DNA of 64,000 nucleotides from Eledone cirrhosa. Lineage: Eukaryota. The stretch's first letter is position 1. Each line of letters starts with the position of its first letter. The stretch covers positions 371,380,001-371,444,000 of the forward strand of contig OZ024741.1 in the NCBI GenBank assembly GCA_964016885.1, given 5' to 3'. This document shows, piece by piece, positions 13,230 through 33,200 of this stretch. The position numbers were made by a program, and so were the translations under genes. Below the pieces are notes generated by a model. It was not told the origin of the DNA. It saw only the letters and a program-made list of their open reading frames with translations, and did no database searches.

Positions 13230-13564
13230 GTTGAGGAAAAGGAGGAGGAGAGGAAAGGAGTACAAGCTCTTCGTACTCCTGGAGATGAGGGTTGCACATT
13301 TTTTTCGGGGGTCTGTGTTACCCATATAAACTGTCTCCCTCTATTGGGGAAAATCGACTAACTTTTAAATTCCATCTGTGATAACATTTTACACGTTTTT
13401 ATTGTATGTAAACTTCCCCCTTTGTATTTGTCCCCTTCTTTTGTGCCCCTGTGGCTAATAAAGAAATATATCTATCTATTATCTATCTAACTCCAACAGG
13501 GGGCTCAAACATGCGGCCCGCGGACTACTTTTCTGTGGCCCGTGGTAGAACCAATATATATATA

Positions 13565-13601
<37 letters not shown>

Positions 13602-13606
<5 letters not shown>

Positions 13607-13656
13607 GTTTAACCCCGACGGCAGAGCTCAAGCCATTTCGACGGCTATTTCTGGAC

Positions 13657-13712
<56 letters not shown>

Positions 13713-13881
13713 CTCTTGAAGACCCCGACGGCCATTTCTGGACAGTCCAGAAATAGCCGTCGAAACGGCTTGAGCTCTGCCGTCGGGGTTAAACATTTTC
13801 TATTATCCACTCTACTACCCTAAGTATTGAGTACTCTGGTGCGTTATGGTCCATCTGGTTCCTTACCACACTTCCTTCGTT
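13602..13881 (+). mobile_element. Fold-back element family A (other copies 18039-18177, 19493-19631, 20949-21087, 36933-37126, 46884-47046), always flanked by (TA)n
   Basis: Shared ~85-bp tail CCACTCTACT.CCCTAAGTATTGAGTACT...CCTTCGTTA, preceded by an inverted copy of its upstream segment. Confidence 0.85.
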
Positions 13882-13928
13882 ATATATATATATATATATA
13901 TGATTATCTATAAAAAGCAGATTGTTGT

Positions 13929-13995
<67 letters not shown>

Positions 13996-14272
13996 ATGTT
14001 CCATGTTTATACATTTGCACAATTTCAAACCGATTCGACTCAAAGACTGTAAGAATGTTGTAAATGGCTGTAAAATGTTGTAAATAGGTCACCGACTATT
14101 TATTTATTTCAATCTCACCCACAGTTACGGAAATAATCGATAAAACTAAATACATGACGCTTTACCCCTCTTATACAATCTGATATCCTCTCTCTAAAAT
14201 TCGATAAAACTACATACATGCTGCAACTTTCTCTTATATCCGCTTAAACTTACACACTTCCTTTAGGAACGC

Positions 14273-14341
<69 letters not shown>

Positions 14342-14856
14342 CGTTTGTTTTTGTGTCGAAACAACAATTATTCAAAAGCAACAGATAAATTTATTCAACA
14401 ACAAAAAAATAGCGATAAATCTTTTTTAAAACATCTCTCAACGAACGTGGAAGAAAGAAGTAGCAGTTTATTTACTATACACAATAATATCCTCTATGAG
14501 GTCACTAAACCTGCTAGAAACAGCAGCTAACTCTCCTCCATATCACACCCCTCCCTACTGTCTTAAATTTAGAAAACACACATTAAACAACCATGCAGAA
14601 CAACTCCATCGCAGCTCTGTTTTTCGGCTGGCATCGTCTACGCGCGTGTTGCGCAAGTACTGTGAAACAATAAATTTCAACACTTCTTTGCACAGAGATA
14701 TATCCATAGGCGAAACTACAATTGTCACTGCTGGCGCATCTCCTGCTTCGGCAGTCCAGGTCTGCAATTCATTCACCCAGTGCCTGGCAGACAAAAAAAT
14801 GCTGCCATAAAATGGGTGGTGCAACCTAACTTTGTTAACTTACTGACCCCGAGCTA

Positions 14857-14901
<45 letters not shown>

Positions 14902-15094
14902 TGTATGTATAGTATATTTGATAATATACTGTATGTTTACTCTCGGCATGTGTGTATGCGTGTGTGTGTGTGTGTGCGCGTATGTATTCTTTGCCAGGGA
15001 ACGTTTCCACCAACCAGAGTATCGTCTTCCTGTCTTCCTCCGGTTGCAACGTTTTTTGAAATATTCACTTCTGCGTTCACAGATTGACTTTGTT

Positions 15095-15145
15095 AGTTTC
15101 AGAAGATCCCGTTAAGGGGGAAAGCAGCTATTCTTTGCTTAAACT
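15095..15145 (+). ncRNA. Hammerhead-like motif with CAGAAGA core (family C; also 24807-24857 +, 24737-24787 -, 40328-40376 -, 59011-59061 +)
   Basis: AGTTT-CAGAAGA-T-CCC gttaa GGG-(T/G)-GAAA-GCA..TGC-TT-AAACT. All three stems pair. Confidence 0.65.
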
Positions 15146-15165
15146 TTAATCTGTTATTTTAATAA

Positions 15166-15881
<716 letters not shown>

Positions 15882-16697
15882 ATATATATATATATATATA
15901 TGAATTTGTTTTGCAAGGTTTTTGATATGATGAAATCGTGTGTCGAAACAAATATTGTTATACTTGTGGAGGGTGATATTGTTATAACATTGCCAGAAAT
16001 AATCTGTTTGATTTGGGTTGGTTTTCGCTTCTGTATATTTTATATCTCCATAGTTAATTTATTTGGCAATCAATGTTTATCATTGATTGACCAACGGTTA
16101 AAAATACAGATATGAATATATATATATATATATAGTCTATAAAAGTTCTTTCGTCACACATCTGCGACATCAGCAGTGGTACTATTATGTTTCCTCCTAT
16201 TGTATTGTAAAGTCTACGTCATTTTAATCTAATTTGTTTATTTATTTATTCTCGTCTCTTTGATTGACTATATATATATATATATATACACATATGGTGG
16301 CTGCCAACTCGTTTTCGAGTACGGCCACTACTTTATATCTATGTAGGAGAACTCCTACCGATGCGCTGAACGAGTGTGACTTTTTAGTCCAGCCAGCGAC
16401 TTGAAAACTCTGGTACAAACACTACACCTGTGACAATTATTGACACATAGTGCTGGGCCCATGGTACCATGTGACGACAAGTGCAGAGAGATCTCCAGAT
16501 ATAAAGCAATGCCTGTGCCGGGAATCTTTTATAGTGAGCAAAGGCACTGCACAAAGCCAGTCCCACTCTCTTAACCAAGATGATATTTACCAAAAAGAAG
16601 AACAAGTCAACATCATTGGATACCATCAGGGTTGCAGGTGCTATATCAGAGTTTTCCTTCTCCTAGAATTCTGCCTTGACAAAGGCTAAGGGGTCAT

Positions 16698-21220
<4,523 letters not shown>

Positions 21221-21759
21221 AATATTTGTCTATTTTTGGCTTTGTATTATCTTAACTTACTAATCTGATTGTTTCTAATTATTTTCTACCCTTCCACTCC
21301 CTAGTCGTTACTTCGTAATAACTTTTATATTCGTATTAAGCCTCATTATCCCACCTGTGTGGTGTCTGGTAAGATATAGCTAGTGTATCTCTATCAAGTA
21401 TATGACGGCGGGTTCTGAATGCATTAAGTAATTAACTGGTTTTCTTATCTTGGCACTTCAGTTCACTTCCTTCCGATTCATAATATTGAGGAGAAAAGCC
21501 AAAAAACAGTAGTTTACGACTGGGTTGTTTGGTGTATTTATCTCCATTATCTGAAAGACAGAAACCAATAACGGAGCTCTACTTGTTTGACAATTATTGA
21601 AATCGTTAATATAATTTATATAATGAAAAGATTTACAAAATAAACAGGTCAATGAAAGAAAAAAATCAATAAAATGATAGACTAAAAAAGAAAAAAAAAC
21701 GAAGATACCCACACTTAGTTACGCAGTAGGTACCCTCTATTATCTTATCTATGAAATTG

Positions 21760-21990
21760 AAGGTTTTCTTTGCATTTTTGTTTATATATTAGCCTGAATT
21801 TACTATATTAGGCTTGTCTAATTTTCTCTTTCGTGTCTGTGTTGTATCTTATCAGTTTCATCTCCTAAGTACTAGTATGGGTGGCTCTGTTCTAATTCTC
21901 AGAGTTTCGCAGTATTTTTGTATATACTTTCTAAATTATCCATATAAAATAGATGGTTTATAGCTTGTAGAAAGCATTTTGTGGTTTGAT
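21760..21990 (-). mobile_element. R4/Dong-like RT relic
   Basis: INHLFYMDNL, a decayed INHLLYMDDL. Confidence 0.6.
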
Positions 21991-23024
21991 TCAGTAAATT
22001 TATTAATGAAGTCATCCAGAGAGATGGGTATTTTGGCGAATGGCAGGAGGTGGATGATAAGGAGTGTCTCTGAAAATCTTCTCTTAATATGAAGATAGGG
22101 TTAGTTTTTATCATCTCATTATCATATAATGTTATCATCATCATTATATTTCTTGTCGTATTTAGTCACAGCTCTTTACATTCGGCAACCCCACCAAGTT
22201 TACTTGGTGAGGAGGGTGATTTTGGACACCGTGCAGGACAAAAAACAAAACCTGACAAAGGGCGGAAGAACTCATAAAAGTCAACGGCCATCTAAAAAAA
22301 AAATCATGCCAAATCAATGGGTGACAGTAGTTACAGCCGCACGCATCGAAAGACTGGTGAAGTGGTTCTGAGCACAATGCAGCTTTGCAGATGATCAATG
22401 CAAATTGACAATAGAAAGACGCTCCCGCTCGAGTTAGAAGATAACTATTGACCTTCAGGAGAAGCAGCGACCTCTGATTGTATTCAGCGACCGAAACAAA
22501 TATGAAGTACATCAAATCCAATGCTCCTAGATTAGATTAGAACTTTACATTCGAAGTTCAAATCCTAAAGAGATCGACTTTGCCTTTCATTTTCCCAGAG
22601 GCAATAAAATAAAATGCCAATCAAATACTGGCTGGATCGATTTAATCAACTTTCCCTGTCCCCTCTAAGATTACTCACTTTGTGCCTAAATTAGAAATCA
22701 TTATATTTCTTGTATTTAGTTTCGGCTCTTTACGTTTTAAGTTCAAATCCTTACGGGGTCAACTTTGCCTTTCAGTGTTTAAAGTCGATAAATTAAAGTA
22801 TCAGCTAAGTACTTGAGTCACAATAGTCGACTATCTTGTCGTGTGTTTCTGTTTAAAATGGGAAGATCAGTTTGAGCGTCCAACAAAATGTCTTATGGCA
22901 TTTAGTTAAGGCTCTTTATGTTCTGTATTTAAATCCCGCCGAAGTCAACTTTGCCTTTTATCATTCCGGGGTCAATAAAATAAAGTACCACCTAAGTTCT
23001 GGGTCGATAAATAGTGGAGGAGGT

Positions 23025-23095
<71 letters not shown>

Positions 23096-23530
23096 GGTGG
23101 TGATATTAGCAGCAGCAGCAGCAGCAGCAGCAATAGTAGCAGCAGCAGCAGCAGCAACACCAGCAGCAACAACAGCAGCAGTAGTAGTCGTAGTATTAGT
23201 ATTAGTAGTAGTAATAGTAGTAAACGTTCTTTATAGCACCACCGGTATTGTAGCTGTGACTACCCCGTCTCCTCTTCTGGTATATTACGTTATGTTCATG
23301 ACTAAGTTATATAAGTATGTGGACTCAACACGGCCGAATCGTTGAGTAGTTCAATTCGTAATTATTAAGTCCCGTGTTTAATCCTACGGCATAGTACCTT
23401 ATGCAAGTGTCATTTACCATAGCCTCGGGACAACCCATGCTTGTGAAGGAAATTGGATAGATGGAAACTATTTGGAAGCCTGTTGGATAGACTGTATTCG
23501 TAATTCAAGAGTCAGCTTTATCACATACTG

Positions 23531-23724
23531 CAGACCTGTCAATTCTCCCCGTCGGACGGGGAGATCTCGCCCACCCGATTTGGGGTGGATGAGAGATGTC
23601 TTCTCTTGTGAAAATGGCTATAGTTTTCATTACGTAAAATCTCCCCATTTTGCACCATTTCTCCCAGTTTTGGGGCACTTTTTTTCATGGTACTCCCTGT
23701 TTGGGCTTTAGAGGTTGGCAGGTT
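23531..23724. mobile_element. ~195-bp MITE (second copy 27367-27561)
   Basis: TIR CAGACCTGTCAA / TTGGCAGGT(C/T)TG. Two dispersed similar copies. An imperfect ~8-bp flanking duplication at the 27367 copy suggests hAT. Confidence 0.7.
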
Positions 23725-24614
23725 GGTTTACTGTCACACTAAGTCTCACTGAGAATTACATTAAGGGTGCACGTGTCTGTAGAATGCTCAGCCGTTTACG
23801 CGTTAATTTCATGTGCAAGCTATTTTGTTGATAAAATCACTAGAACACTCATCGTCGAGACCAACGGAGGTCCATTACTATTCACGTATAACCACCAATT
23901 TTAAAGACAGCTTTCATAGCTATGGATACGTAAATGGAACTTTGCCTTGGACAATGCGACAATGACAGCGTCCATCATCACTACTATCACTGCCGCCACA
24001 ACAGTCCCCACCACTCCTATCACTACTATAACACCACCATCTTCGTCTATAATACCAACGCCAACACTATCACCAACGCAACCTTCAGCACGCCCTACGC
24101 CAATAACCAATACAACAATAGCAAAAATAAAAGCAACCACAACGATAACAACATCAAAATCAACGACTCTATTCCCCATGTCACACATTGAGCCACGCTA
24201 CGAGTGTTTGTGGAATATTCAGCCACTTATATGGTTTATATAGTGGGCCGCCAGTTGATCGAACAGCTGAATGCTCATCGTCGAAAACGACGAAAGATCC
24301 ACCAATAGACCCAATCTACGTTAAACTCATCAGACACAACCATCTATCACTAAGCAGACATCTTCCTCGATCATATGGAATTCCCACTATGTATGCATAT
24401 ATATATATGTATATATATGTACAAGCTCGCGTATGCATGTCTATGTATGCATTTGCATACTTACACAGATATATATATTTATACAAGTCTACATACATAT
24501 ACATACATACATACATACACACATACATACATACATACATACATATACATACATACATATATATATATATAGACATACATACATACATATAAACATATAT
24601 ATTTATATATATAT

Positions 24615-24661
<47 letters not shown>

Positions 24662-24677
24662 TATATATACACACACG

Positions 24678-24713
<36 letters not shown>

Positions 24714-24716
<3 letters not shown>

Positions 24717-24964
24717 TTATTAAAATAACAGATTAAAGTTTAAGCAAAGAATCGCTGCTTTCACCCTTAACGGGATCTTCTGCAACTAACAAAGTCTGAT
24801 TTTGCTAGTTTCAGAAGATCCCGTTAAGGGTGAAAGCAGCGATTCTTTGCTTAAACTTTAATCTGTTATTTTAATAAATATTTGCTCTACGGTTCTTATA
24901 TATTTGATATATATTTATCCTTATCGAGCCCTCTTTGGATTTTAGTCTTCAAATTTATTATTAT

Positions 24965-24968
<4 letters not shown>
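24714..24968 (+). mobile_element. Fold-back element family C: ~167-bp palindrome plus tail, in (TA)n
   Basis: 24714-24790 is inverted relative to 24803-24881. Confidence 0.85.
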
Positions 24969-25049
<81 letters not shown>

Positions 25050-28000
25050 AAAAATATGGGTGAGAAGAATACTGCTGGTTGCACATGGATAACATGTTAT
25101 AAAATGAGTCCCTCATCAGTGATTTACCAAACGATCATGGGTATTTCATCGCATTAAAAATCATATACCTCACGTTGGAGCGATAATAACTAAAATAAGT
25201 TATTAGGACAATAGAAACGCGTAAAGCGAGTGAGACAAGTAAACAACACAGGGGGAAGCTAACCGAAGATGGAAATAAACACAAGCAATATAGTTATTCT
25301 TTCAGCATAAGCTGTGTGAAAATATGCGCGAGTCAAGAACAGACCTTTCGCTAGTGAATTCGGTGTTAGAAAGAAGGAGAACCGTTTTCACAGCGAACGG
25401 GAGGAAGAAAGAAGGGGAGAAACAGGGACTGGGTGAGTGGGAGTGCGAGGAAGAGGTCAGTAGAGAGAAAGTGTTAACTGACATGGCAGAGGGGACGAAA
25501 GAAAGTAAGAGAAACAGAGAGAACGAGGGAGCAGTAAGAGAGAAAGAGAGAAACACAGAATTGCAGTTTGGGTATATATACATAGCTATGCTACTCTTGT
25601 GGTATGGATAGATATACTAAGTGTACGCGACAACCCGAATATTTAGCTGCATTATCAACAGTAGCCCCACTAGAGGTATATTACATATAACTTACAAAAA
25701 GTAACTTTCAGTGCATCTAAGTAAAGAACCCTTCAACTGTGACACGCTTGGTTGAACCTATGACTACATGTATGTTATATCACTTTGTTTTGCCACCTTT
25801 CTCTGTCATTAGGTTTGGGGGCTCTAACAAATATTCAGATTATCTTTCAACGATTATATTTTTTGAAATGAGTTATTGCTTGGCGTTTTTTGGACTATTA
25901 AACCTCGCCTACCCCAATCTACACAACAGTACAATGCCATATAGTAACCACGGGAGATAATTTCATAGCGAAACTAAAGATATGTTTATTAAACATATGG
26001 ATGTGACTCCATATGCATATTTATTCATAACCCATGTTGTATTGCTACTCTAATTACTGTATCTTCTTCTGCTTTTATTTTTTCTTTAAATTTCTCACCA
26101 ATAGAGAAAGGGGGAGAGGGAGAAAGAGAGAGGAGGAAAGGGGGGAGAGAGAAAGAGAGAAAGAGAGGGGGAGAGAGATAGATAAAGTCGTTTCTAAAAC
26201 AGAAAGAAGACTCATTGGAATTTAAACAACAGCAACTAGGTAATTGTGTGAGTAGTAGTAGTAGTAGTAGTAGTAGCAGTAGTATGTGTGTCTGTGTGTC
26301 AGTATGGATGTCATTGCATATGTGGATCTGTGTGTTTTGAGTTATATGTATGCATGTATGCATGTATGTATGTACGTATGTATGTACGTATGTATGTACG
26401 TATGTATGTATGCATGCATGTATGCATGTATGTATGTACGTATGTATGTACGTATGTATGTATGCATGCATGTATGCATGTATGCATGTATGTATGTATG
26501 TACGTATGCCTGTATGCATGTATGTTTGTTTGAATGTATGTATATAAGTATGTCTGCATGCATGCATGTATGTATGTGTATATGTATATTTGTATGTATA
26601 TATATGCATGTATGTATGTTTGTCGGACCTCCGTTGGATCCAACGACGAGTGTTCCAGTTGGTTCGATCAATGGAACATCCTGCTCGTAAAATAGGTGTG
26701 CAAGTGGCCGAGCATTCGACAGACAGGTGCACCCTTAACCCATAGTTTTCAAAGATATTCAGCGTGCCATAGGACGTGATAAGACTGACTCCCCGAATTG
26801 AAAGTACAACTATTTTTTTTTTTTACTATTGAATGGAGTGATCTAACTTGAAATGAAGTATTTTGTTTAAGAACACAACGCACCGCCCAGAAACGAACCC
26901 TCAAGCTTATGATCGTGAGCCGAACACCCTATCCACTAAACCAGGTGCCTTTAACATCTCTAATTACTAATGTCTGGTCGTCAACCTCGTCATGTAAATG
27001 AGGTTGTGCTACTACTAACAGTCTCGTTCCCATTGTCAATACTTAGTTCTTTGCCATTTATTTTGGGCTGTTTGAAAGGCAAAATTAAGCGATCCCTGGT
27101 GTGTATTAGAAAGACGTAACTAATCGGCTCGATCCCCATTCCAATCTCCAAAAGGCCCTGTTTTTTAACCACAAGGTCTAATTTCACAGACACTAAATAT
27201 ATGTTTATCAAATATATGTGACTCACTATACACATTTATTCATAACCCGCGCTGTACTTCAGTTATAAACACTTAAATAATATAGGGCGCTATTTCATTG
27301 TCGACAAGCGTTTGACGTTCATATTTGTCTACATTTGTTCTTGTCCCTTAAGTCTGAAGACTGCCACAGACCTGTCAACTCTCCCCGTCCGACGGGGCGA
27401 TCTCCCACCCACTTTCGGGTGAGTGAAAGATGTCTTCTCTTGTGAAAATGGGTATAGCTTTCATTATGAAAAATCTCTCCATTTTGCCTCATTTCTCCCC
27501 GTTTTAGGGCACTTTTTTTCATGGTACTCCCCGTTTCGATTTTTAGAGATTGGCAGGTCTGTCTGCCACCCTACTTCTGCCCTAATATGTCGTCGGCTTC
27601 TTGGTCTCAGCTGACAGGATGGGGAAGATATTGCCCCGGAATAATAACTACTACAACCGTTATTCACAATCGAATATGACCTGGTAGCATGTACCTAGCA
27701 CTCGTTAAATGTTTTTTTTATGTGCCCACGTAGTTATAAGCAGACATAGAAACCCTCACGACCCCACTTCCTTGATCCAACATTCCGGATGTGACAGCTG
27801 GAAGGAAAGAGGGCTGCGTCATTATATGGTGGGCACTTTCTTTTTCGAATCCGAAAAGTTGAAAGGTTAAGAGATGTGAACTTAGAATACAAAGTCTAAA
27901 AAAAGTCTAAAGTCTCTTTCGCGCCTGGACGCTCATCAGGTCGGTGTTTATCCCAGTTTCTATGGCGTGAAGCGACTGAAATTACAAGACAGGACGCCAG

Positions 28001-28209
28001 TCCACCGCAGGGTTAAGTTCCCAGCTACTGCTGGTATTCATTTTCAATAAACTGGAGCAATGTGTAATGAAGTGTTTTGTTCAATAACTCAACATACAAC
28101 CCAGTCCTGGAATGGAATCCACGAGATTATGATTGTAAGTCCAACACCCTTACCACTAGGCCACACGCTCCATGGGGCACAAAGACACGGAGAAAATATT
28201 CGGCGTCCT

Positions 28210-28640
28210 AATGACTGTTAAATCGATCGCCTTGTAAAGAATAATCTTCTTGCAACAGTGTTTGACGAACCATGACATTCCATGCTGTTCGATCTCGGGC
28301 GAGATCCCATACTTCTGCGACTCTGATGTTGAAATTATTAAAAAAAGGACCTCCTTTGACGACCTCTGGCACGCTTCCCAGGAATTTTTCCGCTAATGGA
28401 AAGGTCTTCCAGCATGCCTTTCCTGATGACATGTCCTAGGAACATTAGTTGTCTCTTTTTAATAGTGAGCAGTATCTCACGTTCCATATGCACTCTCTTC
28501 AAAACCTCTTCATTATTTATTCAGTCGACGTACGACATCCTGAGTATTCTGCGATAGAAATACATTCCGGTAGACTCGAGGTATTTTCTTATCTGATTCG
28601 TGAAAATACACGATTCGCAGTCGTAAAGAAGTGTTGACTA
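28210..28640 (-). mobile_element. Degenerate RTE-like LINE 3' fragment
   Basis: GHVIRK..LEDL...GKIPGKRARGR-like segment and WDLARDRTAW on the minus strand. Confidence 0.6.
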
Positions 28641-29495
28641 AACAAATGACTTCAGTAAACGATTGAGAGGTTGCGATTGCCTAGTAAAGAATAATAGTGT
28701 ACAACAAAAAATCAAAATACAGTACGCACAAATTCAATGCAACATATAAAACAACATTACGTGTTTATATGTGAACAAGCCAACGAGAGAGCCTGTACTT
28801 GATCGCACGGCCAAGCAGATTGCAGCCATTTTCCCCTCAAATTACTCCTACTGTCTTTACAAAAGGAAAGGACACATTAAATAATTGTTTCTACTTTTGG
28901 CACAAGGTCAGCAATTACACAATGCATTACTGGTACTTTATTTTATCAACCCCATAAGGATGAAAGGCAAAGTTAACCTCGACGGGATTTGAACTCAGAA
29001 TGGCAAGAGCCGTAACTCTATGTTACAAAGCATGGCGTCCGACTAGTTCTACATGTAATTATAATGACGGGATGGTCACGGCTAGAATGTTTATTATATG
29101 TCTGCTTGAACGGAGCCTACTTTCAGTTAAACAATAAAAATAGCAACTATAATAACCGCAAAGTCAACAAACACACACACACCCACACCACACAACAACA
29201 ACAACAACAACAACAGCAACAACAACAACAACAACAACAACACCACCAGCAGCAACAACAACAACAACAGCAACAGCAACAACAGCAACAACAACAACAA
29301 CAGCAACAACAACAACTACTACTAGTACTACTGCTGCTGCTGCTGCTGCTACAGAGTTCACGAGGAATGTCTGGCTAAGTTGCTCCATCAGAGAATGTTA
29401 ACAGTGGTGCTTTTTTTTAAACCCTACCTTTTAATAAACATTGGAATACCTCGGGGGTTGGGTTATCTCTTTTTCTTTTTCTCCATTTTAATTAC

Positions 29496-29656
29496 CCACT
29501 CGCTGTGACCTTTAAGTGCATAAACATGCACATATTGCAAGTAACACCACTGGAAACTCCCCCTCTCTTTCTGCACTCAAACCTCATCCACATGAAGTCT
29601 CTATACGTCGCGACAGATGGACATTTTATCCATGCACACATTCCCCAGCAAATATT
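29496..29656 (-). pseudogene. Putative decayed exon encoding an ShKT-like domain
   Basis: Acceptor TTATTGTTTTCATTGCAG and donor GG|GTAATT. Encodes CMDKMSIC...(frameshift)...WMRFECRK[8 aa]TCNMC. Confidence 0.45.
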
Positions 29657-30299
29657 CTGCAATGAAAACAATAAGCTAGTGTCATTCAACAACAACACAA
29701 ACATTCTCACCACCTCTCCTCACAGAAATGTGTTGCCAATTGTGTTGTAACCTACAATAGCCATGACCTGTGTATGTATGTATGTGAGAAACTCCTTTCC
29801 GGAAATAACCTGGAAAGAAGACGAACCTGCCCTCTGCCTTTAGGTCTCGGCCGACAGAATGGAGAATACATTACCCTGGAGGACGGCAAAGGAGACGCGC
29901 TGGAACAGCCACTCCACTTGGTGTCATGTATAGTTACATGTATGTATATACATATATAATAATTGTTTCTACTTTAGGCACAAGGCCAGCAATTACCCAG
30001 TTCATTACTGGTACTTTATTTATATATATACATATATAATAATGGTTTCTTATATAGGCACAAGGCCAGCAATTTTGTGGGAGGGGAAAGTCGATTAAAT
30101 CGACCCAGTACGTAACTGGTGCTTTATTTTATCAACCTCGTAAGGATAAAAGGCAAAGTTAACCTCGGCAGGATTTGAACTCAGTCTGTAAAGGGTCGTA
30201 ACTCTATGCTGCTGGTGTCCAACTCTTTACCGATACTGCCAATCCACCGAATAATACGTTTCTTCCTCATATGAATGATTATGTTAAATCAAAGAAAAG

Positions 30300-33200
30300 A
30301 AAATTGAGAACAATGGTATTAAGGGGACTGGAACCCTCGATGGTGAAGGTATCGTACCAGGCAGACTTGGAGTACCTGGTCTTTCTCCAGCAGGTCGTTA
30401 TTCAACAGTGGACCAGCAACCACAACGGAGGTTCAGTAAACAAGTAAATGTTGTGGTCATGAAGTGTTACTACCTGAGCTATCCTGTAGAGGAAAATGGG
30501 GTCCCTATCAACAGATACATACAACGAATGCATAGTAAACGGAGAGAAAGAGGTGTGTTTCAACTCACAGAGCAGAGGTTGTGCGACCAAGCCAGAGCAA
30601 TAGGAAAAAATCTCTGGTGTTGACGGAAGTGAAATTCGAAGCTATCAAAAGACGGGTATCAGGAAACAGCAATAAAAGAAATGGTGAAAATGAAGGTCTT
30701 ACTGAGGAAAGGAAAACTATAGTAGAGGACAAGAGTGAAGAGATTTCTGATAACCCACAGAATCAGGGTAGAGATGATCTGTCTAGTGAGAGAAATGTAG
30801 ATGGTATTGAAGACAATGACATTAATGAAAATATGACAGGTGAACAGAAGCAATGTATGACAGAATAAAGGCAATGTTACAGGAGGACAATAGGAACCTT
30901 ATTTGCAACCTGAAGAAGGTTGACCAATGCAAACTGAACCAAGAAACATATAAGGTGAATGGAGTTTTGAAATATATCAAAATAACATCACAGGAACAAA
31001 TGACCGGATAAAGTCAGCCAGAATTGTTGTAGCAGAAAATATGGGTGTAGATGTCATGGCAAAGAAAAACAGTAAGAGAGACAAAAAAAAATAATAAATA
31101 AAGAACCATGGTGGAAAAGGAGAATACAGGCCAGTATAGATAACCTCTTGAAGGATATTTCTGTCTTATTCCAAAAAGAGAAGAGGGAGCTTAGAAAGGA
31201 ACACAAAATACAGATCACAGGAAAGAAAGTATGGCATTGAAAGAAAGGACCAAAAAGTAGTAATGGAGGAACTCAAGCAACGTCTCATAGAAAAAAAAAA
31301 AAAAGCAAAGATAGTAAGATACGAACAAAGAATAAAGCAATATCAACAAAATAGACTATTCAGAGTAAACCAAAAGAGATTTTACCGAGAAAGAAACAGA
31401 GTGTACAGATGAAGTGATTATACCGGATAACATTGAAAGTAAAAAGTTTTGGAGCGACATTTGGAGTAAAGAGAAAGAGCACAAGAAAGACACTGAATGG
31501 TTAGAAGAACTTAAACAAACAACAGTTTGACCACAACAAGCAGAACTAGTCATTTCAGCTAGGGGCATGAAGGAAGCCAGAAAAAATATGAGCAACTAGA
31601 AGTCTCCGGGACTAGATGGAGTTCAATGTTACTGGATCAAAAGATCTAGTCAATGCCACGCATGAATAACAACACATTGCTGAATGCTGATCAAGTAATA
31701 TCGGAGTGGCTGACAAATGGCAGGATATTTTATGCTTAAAAGATATCACTAAAAGGAATGTGGTAGACTACAGACCGATAACATGCCTACTACTTATGTG
31801 GAAATTATTGACTGGAATAATCACAGAATCAATGTACGGGCGTCTTGAAGAAAATGGTGTTCTATCAGATGAACAGAAAGGGTGCAAGCGTAAGTGCAGA
31901 GGTACAAACGACCAGCTTTTGATAGATGGAAGAAAGCAAGAGGAGGAAAACCAACTTGACCATGCGTAGATCGATTACCGCGACGCCTATGATATGATTC
32001 CGCACTCTTCGATTATGGAATGCATTAACCTATTTGGTATTGCATCAAATGTTGGGTGATTCTTAAGGAAAAATATGAAAGTGTGGAAGACTGAACTGAC
32101 AGAATATGGAATAGAATTCAAGAGAGGTATATTCCAATGGGACAACCTGTCACCACTGATGTTTGTACTGTGCATAATAGTACTGATACTGATTTTGAGA
32201 AAAGCTAAGGCTTAAAAAGAATTCAAAGGTCGCCAGCAAAAAGTCAACCACTTACTATTCATGGACGACCTCAAGCTTTATGGTAAGAATGAATCCCAGC
32301 TTGGTTCCCTCGTTGATACGGTATATACATTTAGTGCTGACATCAGAATGGAGTTTGGATTAAAAACGTGAGACGTATTAATCTTGAACAGAGGTAAAAT
32401 TAAAAGCATTGAGCGGTTGGTGCTGACATCAGGAAGGTTATGAATCAAATAGAAGAGGAAGGTAATAAGTCCTTAGGGATATTGGAAGTTGGTAAGATAA
32501 TGCAGGAATAAATGAAAGAAAAATTTGTGCAGACTGAGACTTATTCTCAAGTCAAAACTGAATGGACAGAATAAGATGGAAGCTATCAATACATGGGCGG
32601 TATCGCTCCTTAGATATGGGTCGGCGGTGATCACGTACACTGTGGAAGAGCTAAACAGTTTAGACCGAAAGACAAGAAAGATATTGACTAAATATGGGGT
32701 ATTTCACCCAAAGAGCGGCACAGACAGATTATATGTACCAAGAAAAAGAGCCGGAAGAGCACTGATGGAGTGTGAAGACAGCATTGGAACAGAAGAAAAT
32801 AACATGGCGTGGTACATAGATAATTCCACAGAACCGCTGTTGCTGGAAGTAGGAAGGTCAGGGATGTGCAAAATAGAAGATTGTAAAGAAAAAACACAGT
32901 ACAAGCATTTGAAGATGGATGAAACTGAAAGTAGACCGACAGAAAAAATAATGTATGGACAATTCCATGGAGATATTGAAGATAGGACAGAGAAAAGGGG
33001 TGGTTAGGGATGGCTAAAATTGAACTACAACCAGAAACAGAGCCTTAATCTGTGCTGCTCAAGAACAAGCACTAAGAACTAATTACATCAAGCATAGAGT
33101 AGGCCACACAGCAGAAAGTAATAAGTGTAGAATCTGTGGTATGAATGGAGAAACTGTATAGCATATTACCAGTCAATGTACACCACTAATTCAGAAAGAA

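Larger units (their letters stand above)
8385..13466 (+). mobile_element. Near-complete Tx1-clade LINE (ORF1 plus ORF2), inactivated by frameshifts and stops
   Basis: ORF1 with CCHC knuckle, APE endonuclease, RT, C-terminal Cys/His domain, 3' UTR with AATAAA at 13457. Confidence 0.95.

Noticed and set aside
13497-13545. CAGGGGGCTCAAACATGCGGCCCGCGG hAT-like terminus
   Set aside because: No matching second TIR found.
14100-14856. Possible Helitron ending in CTAG|T
   Set aside because: No clear subterminal hairpin or coding relic, so it cannot be classified.
22388-22425. CAGATGA-TCAAT gcaa ATTGA-caata-GAAA hammerhead-like string
   Set aside because: Five extra nt before GAAA and no convincing stem I or stem III.
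25324-25611. 95-aa charged ORF after a TTCTTTCAG acceptor
   Set aside because: Purine-rich low complexity with no recognisable domain.
29190-29350. Poly-Q ORF
   Set aside because: (CAA/CAG)n microsatellite without splice or coding context.
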